Source: Klebsormidium nitens
Lineage: Eukaryota > Plantae > Klebsormidiophyceae
Direction of reading: 5' to 3'
Assembly (NCBI GenBank): GCA_000708835.1
Contig: DF237387.1
Coordinates: forward strand, 12,975 to 76,974
Length of the DNA: 64,000 nucleotides
This document shows, in pieces, positions 26,901 through 39,800 of this stretch. The notes beneath the pieces are model-generated. The model did no database searches. It saw only the letters and a program-made list of their open reading frames with translations, and had not been told where the DNA came from. The translations under genes and the position numbers were made by a program. Every line of letters starts with the position of its first letter. Positions within the stretch are counted from its first letter, which is position 1.

Positions 26901-29603
26901 TGCTGATTCTATAGAACGGGCCAGGCCGGCCGAATCTATGACCTCTTCTAGAGAACCTTTGTACGAACGTGACGCTTCGGCAGAAGTCTCAACGCAGACG
27001 TCTCCCCTCAGTGAAGAAGGCCGAAGCCGGTTGCAAGGAGAAAGCTCGGGTGGCGGCGCAATCGAAGGTCGCCACGAATCCGCTTATCGGGAGATTCGCG
27101 ACAGCTGGCTTGAGGCGACCGAACGGCTGAGCGAGAACCTCCAGCGGCAGACCGACTTTCTCGGACGCCGGACGCGGCGCCTGCGGGGGTTGTCCGGAAC
27201 GGCACCCAGTCTGTCGGCAGCCGCGGCAGCGGCGTCTGGCGTCGGTCCGATCGGTCCGCTCCCGAGTGACGGGGAGGCTGTGGAAACGGAAACGGAACGT
27301 TTGGGAAGCGGGTCAGGGGCTTCGCCTGATAGCACTGTGCCACGTGGAGTGTTGGGGTCAGGATCGGGGGTCCCAGGAACAACGGAGACGGAAACGGTCC
27401 TGGCAGAAACGATGGAGACGGTGACACACCTGGACGCGCTAGAAACCTCCGTTGCGTCTGGGCTGGGGTCCGAGAGCGCCGGCGTGTGGGCTGCTCCAAT
27501 TGAGAGGGATCCCCCGGCAGGCGAAGTTCGGCCTCAGAGCAGCGCCGCAATCGACGAGCTCCGCTCGCTGGTGCGTGCCGAGCGTGCTCGGGCAGAGTCC
27601 TTTGTGGCGCGTGCGCGCGCGCTCGTCGCCGAGGAGCGCGCGATCCGCGGCAACATTGGCGCGCTCGAGCGCGAGCTCGCAATTGCGGTCCGCGAACGGG
27701 ACGCCGCCGTCCGCGAGCGGGACCGCACGTCTGCGGTCCTCGGGCGCGCTCTCGCGGCGCTCTCGTCCGCCCGCGACCAGCTCGCAGCCCTCGGGGGAAC
27801 CCTCCGAGCGGCAAACGCTGCCGCACCTCCACGCGTTCCGTCAGCCGTTCCGGCCGGAACACTGACTGGTATCACCGGAACCGCCCCGGGAGTCGAACCC
27901 GAGGAGTACGAGCTCCTCGAGATGCTGGATTCCTCCCCCGGGGTGCCGTCCCCCGACCCACAACAAGCCCGGAAGGCGTGTCTGATGGCGTGCCTTTTAC
28001 TCGGGAACCTGTCGCTGTGCCGCGGGGGGAGCGGCACGATGTTCGAGGGGGAGCGGTGGCCGGAGGCGATGGCGGGCGTGCTGCGGTTTGTGACGGGCCT
28101 GGGGGGGCTGGACGCGTTCTGGGCGACCATGCTGTGGACGACGGTGCAGCCGCTGGTGGACCTGCTGCAGTCGACGGAGCCAGCAGTGCAGGTAGCACAA
28201 CAATCTTGACGCAGTTCTCCCTTTAGTAGCGTGGGAAGTCGTGTGGAGTTCCTCGTGACCGTGGCATTTCGGAGCTTTTGTTGCGGCCTTTCTGAAAATT
28301 TTGTTTTTCAAAGTGAAGGAATTTCAATCAGTTTGGTCCGAGCGAACATGCCAGAGGTTTCCGAGATTGTAAGCACGTTCGCGAAGTGATTGCCAGACTA
28401 GAGAGATCTGGAGAAGGAGCCTGTACTTCGTTGCGAGGTTACAATTTTCAAGCCGCCGAGGGATTGTTAAAGGAATGGGTGGCTCACTAATGCAGGCCGG
28501 CTCTTCCCCCTTTGAATTGCTTCGCATGCATTTCTTGCGCAGGCGCTGTCCCTGTTTATCGTGGGGGACTTATGTACAGGCAACGAGCATAAGCACAAGT
28601 TCATCATGGAAGGCGCGGTGCCGCACCTTGGCCGCCTCTGCACCTCTTCGTCGCCCCTAGTCAGGTCGGCTGCCGCACACGAGTTCTCTGATCATTACAA
28701 ACGATGAACGGAAACCGGCGCCAGAGACCCTATTTCCACCCTATGCCCCTCGACCTATACCCCCGGAACTAGCAAGGAAGAGGTCGAGCCCACTGTCTTT
28801 GAAGGAGTCGATGTGACAGTCTCGCTATTGACAAATGTCGACGTATCGTCGGGCTTGAACCGTTTGATGAGCTGCACTCGCTTTCTTTCAGCCAAGGGTT
28901 TTGACCAGAGTTTGGTGCTACTCAAATCCTGGTATACGAGCTGCCAAGCTGCGAGCTTCAGCCCTGTTGAAAGCACACCTCTTTGAAGAGCCCTGTTGAA
29001 AGCACACCTCTTTGAAGACGCCAGGTCTGACTTCGCAAAAAGTTGGTGTCTCAAGACGTTGTGACATTCTCCGTATCCGAAACTGCGAAAGCACACTTCT
29101 GTGGTTGCTGCGGAAGTTCGTTATGTGGACTTGGCCGCTTTCGTTGCTTGCCGTGGCCGCCTGTTGGCGGCTAACAGTAGCAAGTGTTTGGGGCGGGACG
29201 ATGGTTCTAGACAATGTGGCGTACAGCAATGAAAGGAGCAAAGGCGCCTTGACCTTGTCCGGGCACTGTCACAAACATCTCATCGCACTCTTACACGTTT
29301 CCGAATCGTTGCAGGAGGCTAGCACGGAACGCCCTTCTGCAGCTGGGGATGCGCCCCTCTGCCGTCGCCTCAGCGGGGGATCCCCCAGCGCAAGAAACGT
29401 CTCCCGAGGCCCGGCGCATGGGCAATGATGACGTAAGCGAGTGTGTCATCTGCTGCGATGAGGTCAGCGCCGCAGCTTTCGAGCCGTGTGGCCACGTGGT
29501 CTCGTGCCTCCGGTGCGCGCAGTGCCTCGTCGCGAGGGGGGACAGATGTCCGCTATGCAGAGAAGCTATCGTTTCGATGAACATGCGTAAGAGTAGTTTC
29601 TGA
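23989..29603 (+). CDS. Armadillo-repeat protein with C-terminal C3HC4-type RING finger (putative E3 ubiquitin ligase)
   Basis: ARM-like exons (FLVEAGVIPALV..VALCLWGLC; LVEQGGLSVLIKGL..SALAVWSLCYS; ASIPALKALL; YSAAGALWAVSSHPLNREQL; CLLLGNLSL; FIMEGAVPHLGRLC), a long exon ~26470-28191, and a terminal RING CVICCDEVSAAAFEPCGHVVSCLRCAQCLVARGDRCPLCRE (stop at 29603). Confidence 0.8.
28961..29018 (+). repeat. Intronic 29-bp tandem duplication
   Basis: gccctgttgaaagcacacctctttgaaga occurs twice head-to-tail. Confidence 0.8.
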
Positions 29604-30460
29604 CAGGGGTATGTGGCATTTTGAGGTGGGGTGAGTACTAACGGAGCTGCGAGGTTCGAGAAATGGTCGGTGGTTATGGTGTCAGCAATTGCTGATCGGC
29701 ATTTGGACGATAAGTTACCAGAGGAAGACGAAAGGCGGGTGACGCGAGGTACAAAAGAGGTAATCAAAGGTGTCGGGAAGATGAAAGCTCGCTCGATTTG
29801 AAAGTAGACGTGACCTGTAGGACTCGCTAGACATAGCTCCAGCTGGTTCACATTCGCTGTCTTTGTACATAATAAGCGGTGCCGAAGTTGGTTCGCTCAT
29901 GGTCCTTCGGCCATGCTTAGAAATGTCAACGCAACATGTGCAAAAACCTTGGAATCCACATGCTCAAGGAGTCTCAGTCAGAGCCGTTGAAGACGTCAAG
30001 CTGTGCCCAGGTTGCTTCCTCTATATAAGAATACATAGAGGACGCAGATAGTGGCAGCACGCATTTGCATGCGCATCCTGGCTGCCAGCATCGAGCCCAC
30101 GGGACTAATGGCAGCCTTTGGCGAATTGAAAGAAGCCCTAGTCGATCAACGCAGATGAGAATGATCGACTCGCAAGATCAATCGCGTGTGCCTTATATGG
30201 GCCTATAAAAGCTGTGTGCTATGTTATGACCTGCCGCAACAATTGCGCACATCATGTTCGAGCATTCCTAACCTCTCTCGAAAGCATATGATGAAACTGG
30301 AGAGGGATTCGAAATTAACTATAGCTGTGAATTTCCCGCTTTCACGGATTGCCACAAAATCTAGGCCGCTGATTGCAAACACCATGCGGCTTGCTTGCTA
30401 GTGTACTGTTGTAGTGCATGTCGCAACTCAACAAACTGATCGAACGTATAACTTGGCGCG

Positions 30461-30515
30461 GCGCGGCCGTTGTCCGCGCGCAGACAATTGCGCCGCGCGG
30501 CCGTTGTCCGCGCGC
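30461..30515 (+). repeat. 21-bp perfect GC-rich direct repeat upstream of the DUF262 gene (possible promoter element)
   Basis: gcgcggccgttgtccgcgcgc at 30461-30481 and 30495-30515. Confidence 0.7.
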
Positions 30516-30801
30516 GGCCGTGGCGACGCTGAAGCCAGACGTGCCGGAGGTTTGGGAAGGGGTTTACAAGCCCCAATGGCAAGAGTAAGATTTGGCGGGT
30601 GCAAACTCGAGTGCAACACCAGCCTGAGTCACCTAATACGTGCTACCTATCATGACACTTTCACGAACAGCTTGTGTTGACAGTATTATAGAGGCCTATG
30701 CAGGAGCTGCATTCTAGCTCTCGCAGCTAGAATTTTGGCAGCTAGTGGTTTATGAGGAGGCGCCGCCGCCATCTCCTACCCCAGCCCCCCTGCATGGCGG
30801 C

Positions 30802-33800
30802 ATGGCTGCAGCCCTTCCCCTGCTGGACAGCGTCTCCCGCGCGCTGACTCGCGGCAGCTTGCCTGCCTTGCGTGCAGCATACCGGCGCTGCTTGCATTGC
30901 CAATTGGGATTATCTGCAAGACCAGCTGCAAAGCGCGCAAGGGCTGCCAAAGGTCCTCCTTTTTCGTCCTTGCCAGCCATTCACCGTCGGCAGTCCGTAT
31001 CCGAAAGTCCGGGACATAATTTCGCTGGTGGTGGTACTGAATTGCTGGCGTGCAAAAACCCGCCCACTGTTCTCTGGTCTCTAAGCTCGTTCCGCTCGCC
31101 GTTGCTGGGGGGGCCGATTTGCACCACCTTCTCTCGCACACCACAGCTGACTGACAACCAATTTGGCCACAGCGTTTCTCCACTTTGCGCAGCAGCAATT
31201 GATGTGGAGCTCGAGGATGACTATGGCTACAGGGAGGCGGCAGAGTTGGACGAGGAGGAAGAGGAAAGGGAGCCCGCCCGAGCATCTCGGGATCACGGCA
31301 CGGAGGAGCGCCTGGTGGCCAACGAGAAAATGCTGCAGATTAACAAAGCAGGTGACTGCACAGCCGAACCGTCACATCGTCACACGTTTGTTCCGCCGTA
31401 CCACCACACGTGCTGGTTCAAATCAGGACTGAGGAGGAAGTTTGAAGTTCGTGAATCAGGACTAGTTGTCTCGCATAGAAGGGGTTCGATTCATCTACAC
31501 ACTTGTTCAACAAGTGTACGCCTTTGGAAAAGTTGACGCCTTCGCAGACAGGGCGTAATGCTCCATCGCTCACTATCGTCCATTCAATCTAAGCTTTCCT
31601 CTCTGTTTGCAGACTTTACAGTCAGTTCTTTACTGGACAAGATCTCACGGGCCAAGCTCAACCTGAAACCAGCATACCAGGTACGCTGCTCAGATGCGTT
31701 TCTCGGGATTATCACTACAACAACATCTGATGTGACAAGCGGTGTCCCCTGCCGTCAATCCGTGTTTGCGTGTAGCTCAATCAGGCACGAGTAGTGTGAG
31801 CTTCTTTCGCAATCGGTCTTGGGTCAACCAAGCCAGCGGGGCATAAGGCTTTGCTGTTGCATGTGCTCAATCGCTGCTGTCACATCCGGTGCAGAGGGAC
31901 TACGTCTGGGACAAGAAGACGGCTAGCAAGCTCATAGAGTCACTCCTGGTGAGCTGACTCGTGTCCAGCATTTGCCATGGATGAGTCCACGTTGCACACT
32001 CTTGGCTTGCTGACTTCCTTTCATCCTGTGTCTCTGACTTCCTTCTTTGCGTTGCTTGTTTCCCAGTTGAGCCCCATCTTAGATGCATGCTCACCTTTCT
32101 TCGACTCCCTTACTGTGCGTTACTTATTACGGAGGGGTACTGTGTGCAGCTCAACATTCCCGTCCCCACAATGTTCTTCCACGAAAAGGTATGCCCTGGC
32201 CCCCACTCTCCGCAACTTCCCGGCTTAGGCATCAGTCTCCCGTTTCAATTGTCCACCATGCCCTTTGTTTTCTTCTTAAATATACTGTACCCCAGTTTCA
32301 GATATCTGCCATAGAGCTACAACCGATGGGTGTGGAATGGCTTGAACTCCCGAAATAACGGATGTTACTCTCGTGAGCATCGTGAAGGCGAATTCGAGGG
32401 TGCCAGGATTCCCTTTAGTGATCTAAAATGGGACGAATATCGAAGTCTTTGAATGATGAAAGGAATCAAACAATGCCATGCTTTTAGAACTAGAGGCGGT
32501 GACGATGCAGGAGCGCGGCAAGCTGGAGGTGGTCGACGGCAAGCAGCGCCTGACCAGCATATGGTCCTTCATCGTCGAGGAGCGCTTCCCGGACGGCACC
32601 CAATTTCACCTCACTGGCCTCGAAGTCTTGCGCAAGGTATGCCTAGAAACCTCTTCAGTTACATAGTTGTAGCGGGCTTTTGCGTGGTCGAGGTGGGCTC
32701 GAAGAAGCGCACTGGTTTGAGGCAGGCACAACGCCAGCTCGCAGCTGCAGCTATAAGGTCGAGGAACTTTCCTCGAATGCATGTTATCAATGGCCATCTT
32801 CGCTTGCTCGGCTGTTCGAAGGGAAGATAAACTTTGATCTATGATCCTGTACAGGCAAGTAAGCCGCGCAACCTTATTTTGAAATGTCGGAGTACAAAGC
32901 TGTGCATCCTTTCGTTGACAAGAAGTCTTCGGTTTGACTACGAAACTTTCGTGTTGCTGCGCTAGCTGTTTGCATTGGTCCTAGGACTGCCAAGGATCGC
33001 TCTTTATATCGAACTCAGGAAAGATACTTGCAAGGACGTTGATGAGATCACTTGACTAAGGACGGATATCGTTGGATTGGAGCTTAGGAGTTGGTAGGGG
33101 TGCGGAGGAGGTACCTTTTGCGGTCCGATTACTCGTAGCCTGACCTTATTCTCTTGGTCTATGAACACTTTCCTAAGATCCATGCTCTGTGTGTGCAGCT
33201 GAACGGTCTGCTGTACAGCGACTTGAACGACGACCTCAAGGAGTCGTTGCAGGACTACGCGCTTAACGTGCACACCATCAGCCGCCACTCCGACGAGGAC
33301 GTCGTGTTTGAGGTGCGTTTGCATTTCGTGATCGTTACAAAACGTGGAGCCACTCTCAAACAGCCATGTACCAAACCGTGGGAAGGCGAGTTCTAAGAAT
33401 AAGTATCGAGGTCTTGCGCACACCGCGGTATCTCCTTGGAGTATCGGTTTCGGGGCACCGGCCTGGGATTCCCATCCCTTGGCACCGTTGCACCCCCTCT
33501 GATTCAATCATCACTTTGCAACACGTCCTTCGTAGCAAAGTCTGGGTCTTGTTGCGAGGTTCGTGCCTTAATATAGCTCAGGAAAGAAAGCCGTCGTACG
33601 ATATCCTTTTCGGTTGCCCACGTAGAACCTTGTCCCGCACGCCTATTCAGGTGTTCGATCCGGCCTCCCGTCCTGACCGACTCAGCGGCATCCGCCGGTC
33701 TTGGTACTTTTGGCCCCATATACCCATACGCGGATTGTCCGATGCAAAGATGGATTGCAGTGAATGTTTATTTACCTTCCTTTCATGTTCAGGTGTTTGA

Positions 33801-36181
33801 GCGGCTCAACATGGGCTCCACGCAGCTGAACGAGCAGGAGCTGCGCAACTGCATCTACCAGGGCACGTACAACAGCCTCCTCGAAGACCTCGTCCTGGAC
33901 GGCTACATGCTGCTCGCCATGCACGCCGACGCGCCGCACAAGAGGTGACTGGTCTCGAGTTGCATTTGATAAGCCTACAAGTCTGCGTAGGGCATGCATG
34001 GCCACGTCAAGCAGTCAACGGCGATGGGCCCCCGAGAGGCTGTACCTTAAGTTTAGTCCGTGAGAAAAGGCTTAGACCTACTGAGTGTGCATTCATGAAG
34101 CTTGGAGCTCCGACGCGCATTATTAAGGTGATTAAGTCGAGCTTTGTCCTTCACTTTCTTGGTAGCTTTTCCCGTCCTCAGGAGGCGGCACCCCGCAATT
34201 GCCTCCTCCGTTTCGTGGGACCTGTTCTCGCTTGCACACTGCGCCGCGCCCACTGTGATCCTGAAGCGTGCGTGGTGCCACGTGCAGGATGCGCGACCGG
34301 GAGCTGCTGCTGCGGTTTTTTGCGCTGCGCACGACCGGCGTCGAGGGCTTCATGCTGCCCGTCAAGACGTGGCTCAACGAACAGATGCGCCAGTGAGCCC
34401 CGCCCCAAATGATCCTGGAAGAAAAAAGCAGTAGCCCAAAACGTGACGACCAAATCCTGAGAAGGAAAAGGAAAAGTAACAGGACTGGGAAAGGCAAGAT
34501 ACAATCAGCCGCACTAAGGACCGATACCCTGGACTCATAAGTTCACCTGTTTCACACCGCACCTAGACACCAAAATAAAGCGTACCCGTCCCGACAGGGT
34601 GAACTTGATGTTGTCCTGGCTTTACACTAATATCTTGACTTGTCAGTATCCTTCTCCACATTACCCTATTTCCGCATGAACAAAGTTTTCCCTGACCCCT
34701 AAGTTGCAACTTCCAATCGTGTCCTTTAGTATGATCGCGCGTGGATCCCCTTGCGTGCAGCAACATGGACGTGTCGACCGAAGAGGCGGCAGCCATGAAG
34801 GCGGACTTCGTGCGGAGCGTCCGGCTGGCGGTGGAGGTCTTTGGAGAAGACCACGTATTCCGCGTCCTTCGGTGAGCCTGTTTCCGGCTTCTGGGTTTAG
34901 ACTTTTGGGGTCGTTGATTCGTGATCTTCATTGACTGGGTCGCCGGCATAGAGAATTGTGCTGTGTGAGAAATGCTGATACGCATTGCGATAACAAACAC
35001 GGAGGCTGCAGTCAATAGGGTAGGGTTCATTAGGACACCAAACCAACCGATGTGAAGGCGGTATTCAGTGCTGATAAGACCGAAAAGAGATTTGCATCTC
35101 CATTTTATGAGTTGCTTAGTCTCCTTCAATCCTGCGATCACGCGGATCGGCCACCATTGCAAGTTTCGTGACCGGCCGCAACGGCTACTGGGCTGCCTCC
35201 TAGCGTTGCGGCACCAGAAACGTCTCTTACGAAGGTGTAAGAGGACATCATATCGTGCGCGAGTCGCAGCAACTTCCAGTCTCCGAGCATTCGTTTGTTT
35301 CGACCACCAAGCCATTGAGCTTCATCTGTGTAAGCGAGTGACGGCTGAATTTGCGCAGGAGAGCATGCGGCAGCTGGGTAACTAGTGTGGGGGCGTGTCG
35401 TGCAGGCCCGGAGTGCGCAAGGCGGACGAGCCCAAGTGGGACTCGGAAGTAAATGTCGCTCTCTGGGACACCGTCATGGTTAGTTCTGTATTCCCGCCGC
35501 ACATCGCGCATCGCACATCACTTAGACGATTTGTCGTTCTTTTTAAACCTCCGCGGCATTGGTTCAGATTTAGAAAGGTTAATCCAACAACTGGGTGTGC
35601 CAAGTGCGCTTGTTGTGCTCACAGATCAGAAAAGCAGAAGGAGAAAGAATTGCGTCGAAAAAGTCGCTCCTACCGAAACGCGCTTAAACGGCTTGTTTGC
35701 CCTGTGCAGTTCGGTTTCTTGCAGTTTCAGGACGATGACGGCATCCTGGCGGCCCGGAGCGAAATCAAGAAAGCGCTCATGGACCTGATGACAAAGGTAA
35801 GCCAATGCGATGTGCCAAGAACATCCACGTTCTGGCTGCTAATGCGCGACAGGTACTCCCATGTTTCGTCCTAGTGCGAAGTGGGAAAGAAACGAAGCAG
35901 ACACGATGAAGCCTATGCTTATCAGGTGCTCTTGCAACAGAGAACCCTTCAGGGACCCTCTTTTAAGAACCAACTGATAATTTTCCCCTTCCTGATTGAC
36001 ATGGTATGCGAATCTTCTTAAGTGCACTTTTGTTGAGACAATGAACTTATTCAATCTTCAAATGCAGGATACCGAATTCCGACGCGCACTCGTTTCCAGC
36101 AGAAAGGCACTCAAAACCCGCTGCGGTAAATGGAATAAAGCACTTGGTAAGGTCCTCGGTTCGCCACCTGTAAGAGACTAG
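30802..36181 (+). CDS. DUF262 (GmrSD N-terminal / ParB-like) domain protein with a putative organelle transit peptide; 13 exons, ~477 aa
   Basis: In-frame exon chain: 30802-31033, 31193-31351, 31613-31680, 31895-31948, 32150-32188, 32511-32636, 33199-33312, 33793-33944, 34288-34392, 34761-34871, 35406-35478, 35710-35796, 36068-36181. Hallmark motifs: [82 protein letters not shown] and [17 protein letters not shown]. Confidence 0.9.
34987..35072 (-). pseudogene. psbA: Nuclear insertion of a plastid psbA (D1) 5' fragment (NUPT) within an intron
   Basis: The minus strand reads [29 protein letters not shown], against the D1 consensus [29 protein letters not shown]. The flanks are non-psbA, and it lies in intron 34872-35405 of the DUF262 gene. 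Confidence 0.9.
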
Positions 36182-36884
36182 GGGTCTCTCAAAAAAAGGT
36201 GGGACAACTCGAGATCGTCAAGGTCCAATACATGAAGTTGGAAAAGTTCAGTCGATGGTTCTAAAGTTGGATGCCATCAAGATGATGAGCACGTGAGAAC
36301 GCGACCGGTGCTCCCATAAGATATATGCCTACTGTACATTTGACTACGGGTCTTCCGTACCAAGCCACGCACCTGGGACAAACCAGAACTTCAATATGGA
36401 TGACGTGCACTATCCCTTGCATTCATATGGCAAGAGCGCAAAAGTGGCCGGACACGCAGGAAATCAATAGAATTGCACATGTGTGGTCGACCGCCGCACA
36501 CGCGCGGCAAAGTTCCCTGGCCTAGCTCACATGAGAACTGCATGAGTAAACCAGCTTTATAAAGGCCATATTTGACCACAGAGTCGTGTTGAACATGTGG
36601 AACGACTTGATTGCTATTATGTATAGGCCGCATGTACTGATGCACATGCAACATGGTTCATCCGCGGTTTTGCCGCTCTGGGGGAATAGATAACGCGTAC
36701 GAGATTAGCCAATTACGCGAACAATGCTCACGCAGCCGTTAAATGCTCAATTGGATGATTAGGCTGCACGACCTTGCCCATAAACTGAGCGTCGAACCGG
36801 CGTACAACATCACGCAACTTTAGTTCCAAGACGCGGCCCCTTCGAACGCCACTTGAGCCCCTCCGAGCAGACTAGCAACTCCCA

Positions 36885-39800
36885 TTACGCCCCGTTCTGC
36901 TTCGTTTCCGTGCTCGCCCCCTCCAGCTTCCTCAGAAACTCCAACGTCTTAGTGTACGCAACATCTTGCCGGTTCAGCGGCTTGCACGCGTTCACGTGAT
37001 CAGTCCCTCTGAGCACAATGAGATCCCCAAAGCCCGGATAGGCTGACTCTATTGGCACCACTTCCATGCGCAGCTTCACGCCGCCGTACGCCTCCACGAC
37101 GGGGGTCACCTTATCCTCGCTGAAGTTGATGACGTCCACCTGGCGAACGCGCATTGGACGGCGGGTTAGGCAAGCAACCTCCGGTTAGGTTCCAAACCTC
37201 TGCTCTGACTTCTGCATGACGCCTCGGTTTACGTGCAGACGTGCAGGACCACTCCGAAGGCCCAAAGAAGGAGACGCTTGCGAACCATCTGTTTTGACGT
37301 GTATAGGACGCTGAATGCGCGTTAACCCGAAAAACCCGGACATCACCCTACAGAGCCGGCTTGCTTACATTACCCTTCAGAAGCCAGTTTGAATGCCGGT
37401 TTGTTTGGGGACCGCGAAAACTGCCCACCTGAGTTTGAGGCTTAGGACTAGGCTACGGAGTCTGCGTAATCAAGCAATTATGGAGACAAACATGTGTACA
37501 TCAGTCGGATGCCCTGGGGATCGCCTCAAGCACTCAACCACTCACCCGGCCCTTCTGGTACTCCTTTTTGAGCAGCTTGTTGAGCTCCTCCAGCCGGGGT
37601 GAACCAGACCGCAGCTCGCCGACCTGCGAGTACCGGATGGGTTTTGCTCACCGAATTTATGCTTGTGCAAACCCTGCTCGAAAATGAGGCACTATCCATG
37701 GACAGTTTTCCGGAGATGTAGGGCTGGGTAGGCAGAAACAGAAGTGAGACGCAGGTGTCTAAGTTGACGTCTCCATCCGAGGCCGGTGGGAGGCCAGTAG
37801 AACAAACGGGCACTTGTTGGTGGTCAGGGAAGAGACGTGAGGATGACGCAAAGAACTAAGGGAAAAGCACACAATTACAGAATGGAGGCGAAACGGAGGT
37901 TAAGAACAGAGTTGGAAATAGTAGAAACAACATCAATCTTTGAAGTCAACTCACTGCGGCCGCTGGCCGCAGCACGACGCCCATGCGCGAGGGCAGGTCC
38001 GCGAGGCGGCTGCCAAAGTGCGGGCAGCTGTAGAACACGATCCCCCGGATCCGCTCCCCGAGCGCCCGGTACTTCTCCTCCGACCGCACCAGCTGCAGCA
38101 TCTGCTTCGCAACCAGGCCCCCCAGCGAGTGCGTCACAAAAATCACCGGGCGCTCGCCAACCCCGGCCGCGAGCAACTTTTCCAATAAGTGCGCGCTTAA
38201 CTCTTGCAATGGGAGGGTGGCCCCCGACCACTCAGTCAGGTTGGTTTTGTACTCGGTGGACAGCAACCGGGCGGAAGGCAAGTCTTTCGCGAGCCAGTCG
38301 GTGGGCCAGCAGCCGTCGCCCTCGCGCGGCCGGTCCTCTTCCCGGAGGTCTTCTACCACCCCCCCGGCTTTGATCGCACTCGTTTTGTCGTCCGTCATGC
38401 GCCAGGTTTTGTACGCGCCCCCCATGAGGCCGTGGATGAAAACCACGTCGAGTGCCGGCTCGGAGATCAACGGTTCAGGGCAATCCCCCTTTTCCGGGGG
38501 GTGGGGGAGCTGTACGGGGCTAGATCGGGCGCCGCTTGCGCCGTCGACCTGACCCTCTCCCGCTCTAGTTGCCGCTGAGTGCATGCTAGCCGGCGCGTTA
38601 GGCAACAGCTTCTCTACTCCTACTTTGACCGCTACTTTTTGCCGTGACGTGACCTCGCCCTGTCTGTCCGAAAACTCCTGCAGCACCTCGCGGACACTGT
38701 CCGCTGTATCACCCGGCTGATCATTCCCAGTGGCAGCGTCCGGTTTACTTACTCCCTCACTTGTTCCGCTCTTTCCGTTTCGTTCAGTTGCGTCGCCCTT
38801 ACTATGCTGCGCACCAACTGCTCCGCTTCCCTCAGAGGCTATCCCCTCTTCCGCTTGTTCCGACGCTCCCACGCTCTCAGTTCCGAGCGACTCTTCTCCC
38901 TTCCCTTCGCCTATGACCGTCGCCGCTGGGTGCACCAATCCGGGCACTTCGCCCTCGCTCTCCTGCCCACTTTCTGCCTCCCCTTGGCCTGCGCTTCCTA
39001 CTGGGACCTTCGCGCTCGCCGCTCTTCCACCGTTCGAAACTTCCCTCTCACTCGAAGCCCCCTTCAAAGCTCCGCCCTCCCTAGCTTCCTCAACTTTCGC
39101 TGCTTCGCCCGTTCCATTCGAACCCAGATCCGTTACTCCGGCCGATTCGTTCGCAATCTGACCTCTCGACCCTCCACTCAAGCACGTGCGAAAGTGCGGG
39201 GCGGTCGGATCAAGCAGGTAGATTCCGTCAAGGTATCGAGGCCAAGGTTTCAGTTCCAGCCCCTCCCCCTCTCCCGTCCCGCACCGCTTCCAAAACGCGA
39301 GGTGCAACAGCGTCTCCTTCGCAAAACTCCGCAGTTTCAGATCGCCTTTCTGGGCTGCCACCCGCCCGTCGGCGACCTCTTCCAGCCAGTTCACCAGCGC
39401 CTGGTCGCCCCCAAGAAGCGCCCCCAACTGCGGATGAATCGACAAATTTGCCAGAACTCGCAGCGCATGACGCTTCACATACGGCCGTTTCTGCTTCGGC
39501 GGCTTCGCGGGCGCTTTCCCGTTCTCCTTCGTCACCCCCGCGCCCTCGCGCGCGCTCTGCCACTGCTGCGTTGACACCGTCGCGCCGAAGTGGGCCGATC
39601 TCAGAAACTGTGTCAAGAGCGCGTAACCCCCCGCGTCCAGCACGCGCCGCTGCCGCGCGCCGTCCTCGGCGATCACCTCCGCCAGCGCTTTCAAAGCGTT
39701 CGACACCGCGAGCAAAACGTCCGCTTCGGCGACCGGCTTCGGCGGGCCCTTCCTGCCGCCCCCGAACGAAAACCACCCGCGCTTCTCCGGCGCCACGTCA

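Noticed and set aside
27008-28311. Long minus-strand ORFs (27008-27862, 27534-28130 and others)
   Set aside because: Antisense shadows of the ARM-RING long exon, with no recognisable motifs.
34563-35315. 250-aa minus-strand ORF containing psbA-like residues
   Set aside because: Only 29 codons are psbA-like. The rest is antisense to DUF262 exons and introns, so it is not a real gene.
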